Shown here one piece after another: positions 26,660-36,984 of a DNA stretch of 64,000 nt. Under the pieces are notes generated by a model. The model saw nothing but the letters and a program-made list of their open reading frames with translations. It was not told the origin of the DNA and did not search any database. A program made the translations under genes and the position numbers. The stretch is from Gammaproteobacteria bacterium (GTDB lineage Bacteria; Pseudomonadota; Gammaproteobacteria; Poriferisulfidales; GCA-002705445). Position 1 is the stretch's first letter; every line of letters starts with the position of its first letter. The stretch lies in assembly GCA_018674175.1 (NCBI GenBank), contig JABHAT010000001.1, forward strand, positions 7,787 to 71,786, read 5' to 3'.

Positions 26660-27639
26660 TTTATAATTTCGGGAGTGTAATAAGTTAAGACTGCATTGCA
26701 ACCAGCTCGCTTGAAACAATACATTGTCTCTAAAACTACTGACTCTTCATCTAAATAATTATTTAGCGAAGCACTTTTTATCATAGAATATTCGCCACTT
26801 ACATGGTACGAAAACACAGGAATTGAAAACTTATTTTTTATTTTAGAAACAATATCTAAATATGGCAAGCCTGGTTTAATTATAATCATATCAGCACCTT
26901 CATCTATATCTAAATTAACTTCCAAAGATGCTTCTGATATATTTGCAAAATCCATCTGATAAGTTTCTTTTGATGACTCTTGAATATTATTCGAAGAATC
27001 TACAGCGTTTCTAAAAGGCCCATACAAATTTGATGCATATTTAGCAGCATAAGATAATATTTTTGTATTATGAAATTTATTTTTTTCTAAAATATTCCTT
27101 ATTTCTAATACTCTTCCGTCCATCATATCAGATGGCGCCACTATATCTGCGCCTGCCTGAGCGTGAGACAATGCTTGTTTTTTTAATACTTCAATGGTTT
27201 TATCATTTAAAACATATCCATCTTTATTTACTATTCCATCATGTCCACTAAGAGTATAAGGATCTAGTGCTACATCAGTAATTATTCCCAAGTTTGGAAA
27301 TTCTTTTTTTAATAATTTAACTGCGCCTTGAACCAAACCTTTTGGATTAAAAGATTCCTTTGCATCTTTCGACTTCTTTGTTTTCCCTATAACTGGAAAA
27401 ATAGCGATAGCATTAAGACCTTTTTTATGAAGTTTTCCAATTATTGGAACTAGTTTATCAATTGAATATCTTTTTTTTCCAGGCATAGAATCGATTGATT
27501 CTTCTTTATTTTTCCCAGGCAAAATAAACACAGGATATATTAAATCATCAACTGAAAATGAAGTTTCTCTGATTAAATTGCGAATGAATTTTGAAGATCT
27601 ATTTCTTCTCATTCTAGTGTTTGGATAACTCTTATTCAT
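26641..27639 (-). CDS. hemB: Porphobilinogen synthase (delta-aminolevulinate dehydratase)
   Basis: The 332-aa ALAD family protein contains RMRRNR, DVALDPYT, APSDMMDGRV, YQMD, IIKPGLPYLDI and FSYHVSGEY. Confidence 0.93.
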   Translation of the reverse strand: MNKSYPNTRMRRNRSSKFIRNLIRETSFSVDDLIYPVFILPGKNKEESIDSMPGKKRYSIDKLVPIIGKLHKKGLNAIAIFPVIGKTKKSKDAKESFNPKGLVQGAVKLLKKEFPNLGIITDVALDPYTLSGHDGIVNKDGYVLNDKTIEVLKKQALSHAQAGADIVAPSDMMDGRVLEIRNILEKNKFHNTKILSYAAKYASNLYGPFRNAVDSSNNIQESSKETYQMDFANISEASLEVNLDIDEGADMIIIKPGLPYLDIVSKIKNKFSIPVFSYHVSGEYSMIKSASLNNYLDEESVVLETMYCFKRAGCNAVLTYYTPEIIKWLDKK

Positions 27640-27684
27640 AGCTTTTAAGCTGAAATTATTAATTAATAAGACTATAATATAGAT

Positions 27685-28185
27685 ATGTTCAAACTAATCA
27701 AATTAGAAGTCATTGGTTTAGGGATATGCATAATATCCTTACTTATAGCTTATACATATTTTGATTTGGTAAAGGAATTAGCGGCTTGCACACTATGTGT
27801 TTTAGATAGATTTTTATTCTTTGGAATTTCATTTATATTTTTACTTTCTATAATTTCAAAAAGAAAATACTTTATTAGGACCTTATTTTCAATAAATTTA
27901 ATTTTGTGCGTAATTGGTTTAATAAGCGCAGTTAGACATATATGGCTTCAAAAATTTCAGGACAAATCTTCAATAGATGGTTTTGGTTGTGGGGGAGACT
28001 TCTTCTATTATATTTCAACATTGCCATTTTTTGAAGCAATAAGGAATATATTTGATAATCCAACTCCATGTAATGACATTAAGTGGGAATTTCTTGGGTT
28101 ATCCATACCCATGTACACATTTATTTTATTTGTTATATTAACTATAATTACTATTAAAATTTTAATTAAAGGAAAAAATGTTTAA
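27685..28185 (+). CDS. dsbB: Disulfide bond formation protein B
   Basis: It is a four-TM protein with the first-loop CxxC (ACTLCVLDR) and second-loop cysteines (GFGCGG, PTPCND). Confidence 0.8.
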   Translation: MFKLIKLEVIGLGICIISLLIAYTYFDLVKELAACTLCVLDRFLFFGISFIFLLSIISKRKYFIRTLFSINLILCVIGLISAVRHIWLQKFQDKSSIDGFGCGGDFFYYISTLPFFEAIRNIFDNPTPCNDIKWEFLGLSIPMYTFILFVILTIITIKILIKGKNV

Positions 28186-28594
28186 GATAAAAAAAATTAT
28201 TTATTTTATATTTTTACTCTCTATAACTTCGTTATCATATAGCGGAAATAATGAAGAGAAATCTATAAAACTTGAAGGTGTAGAAAATGGAAAAACTTAT
28301 TCCTCTCCAATAAAATTAAATTTTATTATAAAAAATATGAGAGTTCTTAAAGCTGGGGTAAATGAAAAAAATAGTGGTCATCATCATTTATTGATTAATT
28401 TAAAAGATCTTCCTGACTTAAAATTATCGCTACCTATGACAAAAAATATTATTCATTTTGGAAAAGGGCAAACTTCAACAAATTTGAAATTAAAACCTGG
28501 CAAACATACCATTCAGCTTTTGTTTGCCGATTACTCGCATACTCCTCATGAAAAACCTCTTATTACAGACAAGATAACGTTTTTCATTAAATAG
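28178..28594 (+). CDS. Secreted DUF4399-like protein with a GHHHLLIN motif
   Basis: It has a signal peptide. The SGHHHLLIN segment matches my recollection of the DUF4399 signature. It overlaps dsbB by 8 nt. Confidence 0.5.
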   Translation: MFKIKKIIYFIFLLSITSLSYSGNNEEKSIKLEGVENGKTYSSPIKLNFIIKNMRVLKAGVNEKNSGHHHLLINLKDLPDLKLSLPMTKNIIHFGKGQTSTNLKLKPGKHTIQLLFADYSHTPHEKPLITDKITFFIK

Positions 28595-28619
28595 ATAATT
28601 TTTTTAAGAGTAAATTCAT

Positions 28620-29423
28620 ATGTTTAATAAAATAATTTGTCTTTTTTTATTATCAAGCTTCGTTAACGCATCTGACTTTCTCATTGTTCAATCTACGACT
28701 TCTACTCAAGATTCAGGTTTATACGACTTCTTGCTTCCAGTTTATGAAAAAAAATATGGAATTGATATTCGCGTAGTTGCTGTTGGTACAGGGCAAGCTC
28801 TTAAAAATGCTGAAAATGGAGATTGTGATCTAATTATTGTTCATTCTAAAGATGATGAAAAAAAATTTGTCGCTAATGGCTACGGGCTTGAAAGAAAAGA
28901 GCTTATGTATAATGATTTTATTATAATTGGGCCAAAAAATGATCCCGAAAATTTACGTCTAAAAGATAATATTAAAGATGTTTTTAACACAATTAAAAAT
29001 AAAAGATTACCTTTTTTAACGCGAGGTGATAATAGTGGAACACATAAAAAAGAAATTCTTCTCTGGAAAAGTTCTGATATTGATACTAGTAAACTAAATT
29101 CAAAATTTTATATAGATACTGGAAGAGGTATGGGTGCAACATTAAATATGGCTGCAAGTTTGGATGCCTACACTATTACTGATAGGGGAACTTGGCTGAG
29201 CTTTAATAATAAACAAGATTTAGAAATTTTATTTTTTGGTGTCCCGCCACTTCATAATCAGTATAGCGTTATAGTAATTAATCCAGAAAAACATCCACAT
29301 ATTAAATATGATTTAGCGAATAATTTTTCTAACTGGTTAATTGGTGATGAAGGGCAAAAACTTATTTCTGAATTTAGGGTAAGAGGACAGCAGCTATTTT
29401 TTCCAAATTTTAAAAATGATTAA
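28620..29423 (+). CDS. TupA-like periplasmic oxyanion (tungstate/molybdate-type) binding protein, with no adjacent ABC partners
   Basis: It has a signal peptide. QSTTSTQDSGLYDFLLP and TRGDNSGTHKKE are motifs typical of TupA/PBP-like-2 proteins. Confidence 0.6.
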   Translation: MFNKIICLFLLSSFVNASDFLIVQSTTSTQDSGLYDFLLPVYEKKYGIDIRVVAVGTGQALKNAENGDCDLIIVHSKDDEKKFVANGYGLERKELMYNDFIIIGPKNDPENLRLKDNIKDVFNTIKNKRLPFLTRGDNSGTHKKEILLWKSSDIDTSKLNSKFYIDTGRGMGATLNMAASLDAYTITDRGTWLSFNNKQDLEILFFGVPPLHNQYSVIVINPEKHPHIKYDLANNFSNWLIGDEGQKLISEFRVRGQQLFFPNFKND

Positions 29424-30334
29424 ATCCATTTTTTTGGTACTAGAAAATTACTGTATAATTTTTCTTCATCACTGTCTTTCTCAATTTCGTATTTATACTT
29501 CCATTTAACTAGAGGTGGCATTGACATTAAAATAGATTCTGTTCTTCCATTAGACTGCAAACCAAATAATGTTCCCCTATCATAAACAAGATTAAATTCA
29601 GCATATCTTCCTCTACGAAAAAGCTGAAAATCTTTTTGCTTATCACTGTAAGATTCATTTAAACGTTTTTTTACTATAGGCTCGTATGCTTTTATAAATC
29701 CGTTTCCAACAGATTTAATAAAATTAAAACATTTTTCAAATTCCCATATATTTAAATCATCAAAGAAAATTCCACCTATCCCTCTTTGCTCGTTTCTATG
29801 TTTAATATGAAAATAATCGTCGCAGTTTTTTTTATATTCATCGTATATTTCTTTACCAAATGGAGAACAAACTTCGTTTGCAGTCTTGTGCCAATGAATT
29901 GCATCTTCTTCATACCCATAATAAGGGGTCATGTCAAAACCACCACCAAACCACCATACTGGATTTGAATTTTTGTTATATGCTATAAACAATCTTACGT
30001 TTAAATGTGCTGTTGGAATGTGTGGATTTTTTGGGTGGCAAACTACAGATACTCCCATTGCCTGATAATTTCTACCTTGAAGCTCAGGCCTAATATTTGT
30101 TGCTGCTTCTGGTAATTGATCTCCAGATATATCTGAAAAATTTACCCCAACTTTATCAAAACAGCTACCATCTTGTAGTACGCAAGTTATACCACCTCCA
30201 CCTTCATTTCTTGACCAACTATCTTCATAAAAATTCTTATTGTCATACTTATATGCCATTGAAATGATATTTTTTTGTAATTCTTGTAAATATTGTCGAA
30301 CTTTATCAACATCACTATCTATAATTTTTTGCAT
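29420..30334 (-). CDS. hemF: Oxygen-dependent coproporphyrinogen III oxidase
   Basis: WWFGGGFDMTPYYG, GIGGIFFDD and RGRYAEFNLVYDRGT are present. Confidence 0.93.
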   Translation of the reverse strand: MQKIIDSDVDKVRQYLQELQKNIISMAYKYDNKNFYEDSWSRNEGGGGITCVLQDGSCFDKVGVNFSDISGDQLPEAATNIRPELQGRNYQAMGVSVVCHPKNPHIPTAHLNVRLFIAYNKNSNPVWWFGGGFDMTPYYGYEEDAIHWHKTANEVCSPFGKEIYDEYKKNCDDYFHIKHRNEQRGIGGIFFDDLNIWEFEKCFNFIKSVGNGFIKAYEPIVKKRLNESYSDKQKDFQLFRRGRYAEFNLVYDRGTLFGLQSNGRTESILMSMPPLVKWKYKYEIEKDSDEEKLYSNFLVPKKWI

Positions 30335-30913
30335 CTAGCCCCCATCTCGTAAAACTTTTTTTGTTATTAAGTCTAAAATTCGTGAAGGTTTTGTACTTTC
30401 GCCAATTCTATCATTGATAACATAGTCTATATTATTACCAAAATAATCTAATATTTCTTCCATATTTGTCATGGGTTTTTCACCGGTTACATTTGCACTT
30501 GTGGAAATTATTGGTGAGTCTAATAATTTACATAAATTACATGAAGCTTCATGTCTAGTAATTCTTATAGCAATTTTATTACTACCCCCAGTTACTTCTG
30601 AAAGAACTATTTTACTTGCAGGACAAAGCCATGTTGTTGGGACAGCTGCACCACTGTTTTGAACAAAAAGTTTAAAATGATCATCATTTATTAAGTTTCT
30701 TACTTTCTCAATATTATCTGATATCACGATAAGTCCTTTTGAAGCATCTCTTTTTTTTAAATCTAATATTTTATTTATTGAATTTTTATTGTTTATAATA
30801 CATCCTAATCCAAAAACTGCTTCAGTTGGATATGCAAAAACTGAACCTTTGAGAAATGATTTCTGAAATTTCACACACTCGTTTTTATCATTAAGATTAA
30901 GAATTTTAGCCAT
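30335..30913 (-). CDS. tsaC: L-threonylcarbamoyladenylate synthase (YrdC/TsaC)
   Basis: FAYPTEAVFGLGC and ISTSANVTG are present. The start is moved to the ATG at 30913 (MAKILNL), 4 nt after the topA stop. Confidence 0.8.
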   Translation of the reverse strand: MAKILNLNDKNECVKFQKSFLKGSVFAYPTEAVFGLGCIINNKNSINKILDLKKRDASKGLIVISDNIEKVRNLINDDHFKLFVQNSGAAVPTTWLCPASKIVLSEVTGGSNKIAIRITRHEASCNLCKLLDSPIISTSANVTGEKPMTNMEEILDYFGNNIDYVINDRIGESTKPSRILDLITKKVLRDGG

Positions 30914-30917
30914 AAAA

Positions 30918-33374
30918 CTATAATGGAGATTCCGTAACTTCAATTTTCGGTTTTTTCTTTTTAACTACAGCTTTCTTTTTAACTACTTTCTTTTTAACTA
31001 CTTTCTTTTTAACTACTTTCTTTTTAACTACTTTCTTTTTAGCTCCAAATCTTCCTCTTTTAGCTGGAGCATTTTCTATCATTTCTTCGCATTCAGCTAA
31101 TGATAAATCTTTAGGGTCTTGATCTTTTGGCACCTTAACATTTTTATTTCCATCAGTTACATATGGACCAAACCTACCATTTAAAACCTGAATTCCTTTC
31201 TCTTCAAAATCTTGAATTACTTTATTAGCTTCAATTATTTTTTTCTGCTCTACAAGTGGTAGTGCCTGCTCAAATGTTATTGTGTATGGGTCAAATGGAT
31301 TGTCGCCTTTCTCTTCCAAACCTTTTAAAGATAAGTTTTTCTTTTCCCCATAATTTAGGTATGGTCCAAATCTTCCCAAGCATGCGGTTATATGCTCGCC
31401 ATCTGGAGTTTCACCAAGTAATCTTGGTAGAACAAATAAATCCATAGCATCTTCTAAAGTAATTGTGCCAATATCTTGTCCTATTTTTAGTGATGCAGAC
31501 TTAGGTTTTCCAGCTTCCTTAGGGTCGTCTTTTGTGCCAATCATTGCATGAGGTCCGAAGGGTCCATGCCTCACACTAACTGTTCTTCCGCTTTTAGGAT
31601 CTAATCCTAGTATTCGTTCTTGCTTTCTTTCCTCGGGAGATAATTTTTCTGTCTCCCCAACCATTTGCGTAAGATCTTTATAAAATGAATCCGTCGTTGG
31701 CACCCACTCTACTTCACCTCTAGCAATCTTATCTAAAGTTTCTTCTAATTCTGCTGTGTAGTTATATTTTATAAAATTATTAAAATTTTTATCTAAGAAT
31801 GCGCATGCAGAAGAACCCTTACCAGTAGGAGTTAAAGTTCTATTCTCTACTTCAACATATTCTTTATATCTAAGTGTTTCGATGATAGCAGCATATGTTG
31901 ACGGTCTGCCGATACCTTCTTTTTCTAAATTCTTTATTAGGCTAGCCTCTGTGTATCTTCCTGGTGGCTGAGTAAAATGTTGAACTGCATCCAATTTTTC
32001 AAGTTGAACTATATCTCCTTCTTGCATTATAGGTAGTATTTTTGATTCAGCTTCTAAATCTTCTTCATCAGAACCCTCTAAATAAACCTGCATAAAACCA
32101 GGATGTTTTATAGATTGGCCAGTCGCTCTAAAAAAGTTTTCACTTGTCCCAAGATCTATTGAAACTGAATCTAAGATCGCATCATTCATTTGCGAAGCTA
32201 CTGTTCTTTTCCAAATTAAAGAGTAAAGATCAAATTGATCTTTACTTAAATACTTTTTCACATCTTCTGGTTTTCTCTCTAATGATGTTGGTCTAATTGC
32301 CTCATGCGCTTCTTGAGCATTTTTTGAAGTATTAGAATATTTTCTTACTTCGCTAGGCAAAGATTCATCACCATACAACTTGGGAATAATTTTTCTAATT
32401 TCTTCAATTGCTTCTTGGGCCAAATTAATCGAATCTGTTCTCATATATGTTATCAATCCAGCTGCACCTTCGCCTATATCAATACCGGTATATAATTCTT
32501 GGGCAATACCCATTGTTCTTCGTGCAGCGTACCTTAATTTCCTTGAAGCTTCTTGTTGAAGAGTCGAAGTAATGAATGGTTTTGCTGGTTGTCTTTTTCT
32601 TTCTTTTTTCACAACCTTTAATACTTTAAAACCTTTATCTGATTCTTCTAATATTTCATTTTTAATTCTTAAAGCGTCTTTTTCATTTTCTATATCAAAT
32701 TTAGCTAATCTTTTACTATTTGAATTATGTAAAAATGCTTCGAAAGGTTTATTATCTTTTAAAAGATTTGCATTTAGTGTCCAATATTCTTGAGGGATAA
32801 ATTTTCTGATTGCCTCTTCTCTCTCTACAATCATTTTCAAAGCTGGGCTCTGAACTCTTCCTGCTGATCCTTTTCTTATACCAATACCCCATAACAATGG
32901 CGATATTCCCATTCCAAATAAATAATCTATTGATCTTCTAGCAAATTGTGCATTAATAAGATTATAAGAAAGTTCTCTAGGATTCTCTATAGACTGCAAG
33001 ATAGCTTTTTTTGTTATTTCGTTAAAAACTATTCTTACTACCTCAATTCCAGCTAAGGCTTTTTCTTTTTCTAAAATATCAATAAGATGCCAAGCAATAA
33101 CCTCACCTTCTCTATCTTGATCAGTGGCCAAATAAAGCTTTTTTGCATTTTTTAAAGCTTTTTTTATATCACGGATTATTTGTTGAGGTTTATTATGATC
33201 TCTTTCTATAAGCTCATAATTCATTTGATAGTTATTATCTACATCTATACCTTGTTTTGATGGTAAATTTCTCAAATGACCAACTGTAGATATTACTCGG
33301 TAGTTTTGACCCAAATATTTTTCTATAGTTTTTGATTTTGCTGGTGACTCAACAATTACTAAATTTTCACTCAT
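30918..33374 (-). CDS. topA: DNA topoisomerase I, with a cysteine-free C-terminal repeat domain and a Lys-rich tail
   Basis: It has a Toprim domain (LVIVESPAK...ATDQDREGE) and an active-site region (TYMRTDS). Three GRFGPY-type C-terminal repeats are present, followed by the KKKVV x4-5 tail. The likely start is MSENLVIVESPAK at 33374; the track start is 33395. Confidence 0.93.
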   Translation of the reverse strand: MSENLVIVESPAKSKTIEKYLGQNYRVISTVGHLRNLPSKQGIDVDNNYQMNYELIERDHNKPQQIIRDIKKALKNAKKLYLATDQDREGEVIAWHLIDILEKEKALAGIEVVRIVFNEITKKAILQSIENPRELSYNLINAQFARRSIDYLFGMGISPLLWGIGIRKGSAGRVQSPALKMIVEREEAIRKFIPQEYWTLNANLLKDNKPFEAFLHNSNSKRLAKFDIENEKDALRIKNEILEESDKGFKVLKVVKKERKRQPAKPFITSTLQQEASRKLRYAARRTMGIAQELYTGIDIGEGAAGLITYMRTDSINLAQEAIEEIRKIIPKLYGDESLPSEVRKYSNTSKNAQEAHEAIRPTSLERKPEDVKKYLSKDQFDLYSLIWKRTVASQMNDAILDSVSIDLGTSENFFRATGQSIKHPGFMQVYLEGSDEEDLEAESKILPIMQEGDIVQLEKLDAVQHFTQPPGRYTEASLIKNLEKEGIGRPSTYAAIIETLRYKEYVEVENRTLTPTGKGSSACAFLDKNFNNFIKYNYTAELEETLDKIARGEVEWVPTTDSFYKDLTQMVGETEKLSPEERKQERILGLDPKSGRTVSVRHGPFGPHAMIGTKDDPKEAGKPKSASLKIGQDIGTITLEDAMDLFVLPRLLGETPDGEHITACLGRFGPYLNYGEKKNLSLKGLEEKGDNPFDPYTITFEQALPLVEQKKIIEANKVIQDFEEKGIQVLNGRFGPYVTDGNKNVKVPKDQDPKDLSLAECEEMIENAPAKRGRFGAKKKVVKKKVVKKKVVKKKVVKKKAVVKKKKPKIEVTESPL
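30963..31040. repeat. 15-bp tandem repeat (AACTACTTTCTTTTT x4, plus an 18-bp variant) inside the topA 3' end
   Basis: Perfect units lie at 30981-30995, 30996-31010, 31011-31025 and 31026-31040. On the minus strand they are in frame and encode the KKKVV repeats. Confidence 0.95.
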
Positions 33375-33412
33375 ATTTAAATCCAACTCTGGCAAAACTA
33401 TCTATTAATAAT

Positions 33413-33892
33413 TTAGTGAATATAAGGTAATGCTTTATCAGAATTCAAATTTTGCAACCAAGTATAATTACTTTCGTTTCCTGGTGTGTTGAATAATATC
33501 ATCAGTACAACCCATCTTATTTGACTTAAATCAACTTTTTGAGTATCTAATGCCATTATTCTATCTATAACATGCTCTCTGATTTCTCCATGAAATATAC
33601 CTAATCTCTCTAAAAACATTAGAAAACTTAAACCTTCTTCTCCTATTTTCACGTGTTCTGCACTGCTAAAAAGCCTAAAGCTATTTTTTGTTGGTTTATT
33701 TAATAAAGTGCTACTGTCGTCAACTCCCGGAAGTCCCTCTAGCCAATCAAAAGCCTTTTCAATATTATGACTCGAAAAACCAGCATCGGAGAGATTTTTA
33801 TGTAAGGATTCTTTATCAAGTTCTACTTCCTCATTATCTTCTACATAACTCTGAAACATAAACATTAAAACATCTAATATGGTTTCTTTCAT
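33413..33892 (-). CDS. smg: Smg protein (DUF494)
   Basis: The N-terminus ILDVLMFMFQSY and the 159-aa length match Smg. It keeps the conserved position opposite def-fmt. Confidence 0.8.
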   Translation of the reverse strand: MKETILDVLMFMFQSYVEDNEEVELDKESLHKNLSDAGFSSHNIEKAFDWLEGLPGVDDSSTLLNKPTKNSFRLFSSAEHVKIGEEGLSFLMFLERLGIFHGEIREHVIDRIMALDTQKVDLSQIRWVVLMILFNTPGNESNYTWLQNLNSDKALPYIH

Positions 33893-34093
33893 GGGTCTTA
33901 TCCTTAAGTATTTGATTTACATTAAAAAAATAAATTATATATAATTATAATAATATCAACTTTTTAACATTAATACATTGTTTGGATTTAGTCAAAAGTA
34001 GAAATAGCTAAATTTAACAATATAATTAAATTTTACACATATTATAGAGACAATAGTATAATTCTATTAAATATTTAAATATAAAATAAAATA

Positions 34094-34642
34094 ATGAATA
34101 AGTTAAAAGTGTTGCACTTTCCAGACTCTAGACTAAGGATAGTAGCTAAAAAAGTTGAAAATGTAGATCAAAATATTAAAGATATTATTGATCAAATGTT
34201 TTTTACTATGTACGAAGAAAAGGGTATAGGTCTTGCTGCGACTCAAGTTAATATTCATAAAAGAATTATTGTAATTGATGTATCAGAAAAAAAAGACGAA
34301 AGAATATGTCTTATTAATCCAGCAATTCTATCTTTATCTAATGATGCGGATATTTATGAAGAAGGATGTCTTTCTGTTCCTGGTTTTTATGAAAATGTTT
34401 CTAGACCTAAAGATATAAAAGTATCTACTTTAAATTATAATGGTGAATTAATTGAAATAGAGGCTAGTGGGCTTTTATCCACCTGTATTCAACATGAAAT
34501 TGATCATCTTAACGGCAAGCTTTTTGTTGACCATATTTCTTCTCTAAAGAGAAATAGAATTGCGAAAAAAATTGTTAAGTTAAAAAAAGAAGGCACTCTT
34601 ACTTCTCGAAAAAATACTCCTAATTATAAATCAGCAACATAG
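34094..34642 (+). CDS. def: Peptide deformylase
   Basis: The motifs GIGLAATQV, EGCLSVPG and QHEIDHLNG are present. Confidence 0.96.
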   Translation: MNKLKVLHFPDSRLRIVAKKVENVDQNIKDIIDQMFFTMYEEKGIGLAATQVNIHKRIIVIDVSEKKDERICLINPAILSLSNDADIYEEGCLSVPGFYENVSRPKDIKVSTLNYNGELIEIEASGLLSTCIQHEIDHLNGKLFVDHISSLKRNRIAKKIVKLKKEGTLTSRKNTPNYKSAT

Positions 34643-34654
34643 CCATTTATTAAA

Positions 34655-35587
34655 ATGAAAAAATTAAAAATTGTGTTCGCAGGAACGCCAAAGTTTGCGG
34701 AAAGCTTTTTATCGGCTTTGATTGAATCTAAACATGATGTTGTTAGTGTGTTTACACAACCTAGTAAAAGATCCGGAAGAGGATTAAAGTTTACGCATAG
34801 CCCTGTAAGGAATACCGCGGAAAAAAATAATATTGATATTAGGCAACCGGAAAAAATAACAATTAAAGAAACTGATGCCCTCTCAGAAATTAAACCAGAT
34901 TTAGTAATAGTTGTTGCATATGGATTAATGCTTACAAAAGAATTTATGTTGGTGCCAAAGTTTGGATGTATAAATGTCCATCCATCCTTGCTGCCAAGAT
35001 GGAGAGGAGCAGCACCTATTCAGAGATCTATAGAAGCTGGTGATAAACTTTCTGGAGTAACTATAATGCAAATGACAGAAGGTCTTGATAAAGGGGACAT
35101 AATTTATCAAGAACCAGTTGATATTAAAGATAATGATTCTTCTTCTATAATGCATAATAAATTTATAACCACAGGAATTGATTCTTTAAAAATTACTCTT
35201 GAATCTATTTTGGAAAATAATTTTATGTTGCATCCACAAGATGATAATTTGGCTACTTATGCAAAAAAAATTACTAAATCAGAAGCTAAAATTGATTGGA
35301 ATAATTCTGCTGAAAAAATACATAAAAAAATAATGGCTTTTAATATATGGCCTGTAGCTGAAACTTTATTATCTGGAGAAAGAATACGTATACATGAAAG
35401 TGAATTTAAAAAATTAGATGTTGATGGTATCCCTGGAAACATAAAATCTATAGAGAATAAGTGCATCGAGGTATTCACAAAAAATGGACTTTTATTAATA
35501 AAAAAATTACAAAAAAATAATTCTACTATTTTAGATGCTGAAGATTTCATTCGTTCGGTTGATTTAAAAGGAAAAAATTTTGAATAA
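34655..35587 (+). CDS. fmt: Methionyl-tRNA formyltransferase
   Basis: IVFAGTPKFA and NVHPSLLPRWRGAAPIQR are present. It lies downstream of def. Confidence 0.95.
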   Translation: MKKLKIVFAGTPKFAESFLSALIESKHDVVSVFTQPSKRSGRGLKFTHSPVRNTAEKNNIDIRQPEKITIKETDALSEIKPDLVIVVAYGLMLTKEFMLVPKFGCINVHPSLLPRWRGAAPIQRSIEAGDKLSGVTIMQMTEGLDKGDIIYQEPVDIKDNDSSSIMHNKFITTGIDSLKITLESILENNFMLHPQDDNLATYAKKITKSEAKIDWNNSAEKIHKKIMAFNIWPVAETLLSGERIRIHESEFKKLDVDGIPGNIKSIENKCIEVFTKNGLLLIKKLQKNNSTILDAEDFIRSVDLKGKNFE

Positions 35588-35635
35588 ACAAATATTAATC
35601 AATTACATAAATTTGATCTATAATACGGGCATATT

Positions 35636-36979
35636 ATGAAAATTATAATCGTAGGAGCTGGCCAGGTAGGAAGCTCATTATCTATAAATCTTGTTAAAGA
35701 GGGCAACGACGTTACCCTGATAGATAAAAGTGCAGACCTTTTGGAAAATATTGCTGATAAAATTGATCTGCAAACTATACATGGTAATGGCGCTCACCCA
35801 AGAATACTTGAAGCCGCTGGCGCCCATAAAGCTGACATGATTGTTGCGGTATCTAAGAGTGATGAAACAAATATGATTGCGTGCCAAGTAGCATATACAG
35901 TATTTGGAGTTGAGAAAAAAATTGCCAGGATTAGAGACTTAGAATACTTAAATTACGAAAACTTATTTGCTGATGAATCAACTCCTATAGATTTTACTAT
36001 TAGTCCTGACTTAATTGCTTCAAGTTATATTAAAAAATTAATTTCATATCAAGGTACAAATCAAGTATTTAATTTTTCTAATGAAGAAGATTGTTTTATA
36101 AATATAATTTTTAAAGAACAAGAAGACTTGGAAAACTCTATAAAATATTATCAGTCATCCTGTGAAAAATTCAATGCAAAAATATGTGCTTTTTTAAGAG
36201 AAGATAAACTATTTTCTATAGAAGATGGAGATATACTAGAAAATGGAGATGAATTATTATTTATTTGTAAAGAAGAGAATATAAAAGATATAACTAAGCT
36301 TTTTAAAAATAATAAGGATAATAAAAGAATAATGATTGCTGGCGGTGGAAATATAGGAAAACACTTGTCAGAAAATATTAGTGATAATTATCAAGTTAAG
36401 GTTATTGAAGCTGACGAAGAAAGAGCAGATTATTTATCTGAAATAATTGATGATGTAACTATTATAAATGCAGATTCTTCGAACGAAGATATTTTATTAG
36501 AAGAAAATATTGAGCATATGGATGTATTTTGTGCTCTTACCAATGATGATGAAGCAAATATTCTTTCAGCAATGCTTGCTAAAAAACTTGGGTCTAAAAC
36601 TGTAATGTCAATTATTAATAAAATTAGTTATTCTGACTTAGTTGAAAAACAAGAAATAGATATAACCATATCTCCTGAAGACTTAACTATGGGAGCACTT
36701 CTTACACATATTAGAAAAGCCAGTATTATAAAAGCGCACTCCTTGATGCATGGTGCACTTGAATTGCTAGAACTAGAAGTAAGAGATGAAAGTAATTCTA
36801 AGATTTTAGGGAAGAATATTGAGCAAATAAACTTTTCTGAAAATACAATAGTTTGCTGTATTATTAGAAATAGTGATTTTATTTTTAATACATCCAACAT
36901 CTTGCTAGAACAGAATGATCGTATTGTATGTCTTATAAATAAAAAAGATATAAAACAAATAGAAGATCTATTTGAGTAA
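35636..36979 (+). CDS. trkA: Trk potassium uptake system NAD-binding subunit
   Basis: There are two tandem RCK/Rossmann units (IIIVGAGQVGSSL and IMIAGGGNIGKHL). Confidence 0.92.
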   Translation: MKIIIVGAGQVGSSLSINLVKEGNDVTLIDKSADLLENIADKIDLQTIHGNGAHPRILEAAGAHKADMIVAVSKSDETNMIACQVAYTVFGVEKKIARIRDLEYLNYENLFADESTPIDFTISPDLIASSYIKKLISYQGTNQVFNFSNEEDCFINIIFKEQEDLENSIKYYQSSCEKFNAKICAFLREDKLFSIEDGDILENGDELLFICKEENIKDITKLFKNNKDNKRIMIAGGGNIGKHLSENISDNYQVKVIEADEERADYLSEIIDDVTIINADSSNEDILLEENIEHMDVFCALTNDDEANILSAMLAKKLGSKTVMSIINKISYSDLVEKQEIDITISPEDLTMGALLTHIRKASIIKAHSLMHGALELLELEVRDESNSKILGKNIEQINFSENTIVCCIIRNSDFIFNTSNILLEQNDRIVCLINKKDIKQIEDLFE

Positions 36980-36984
36980 AAATA

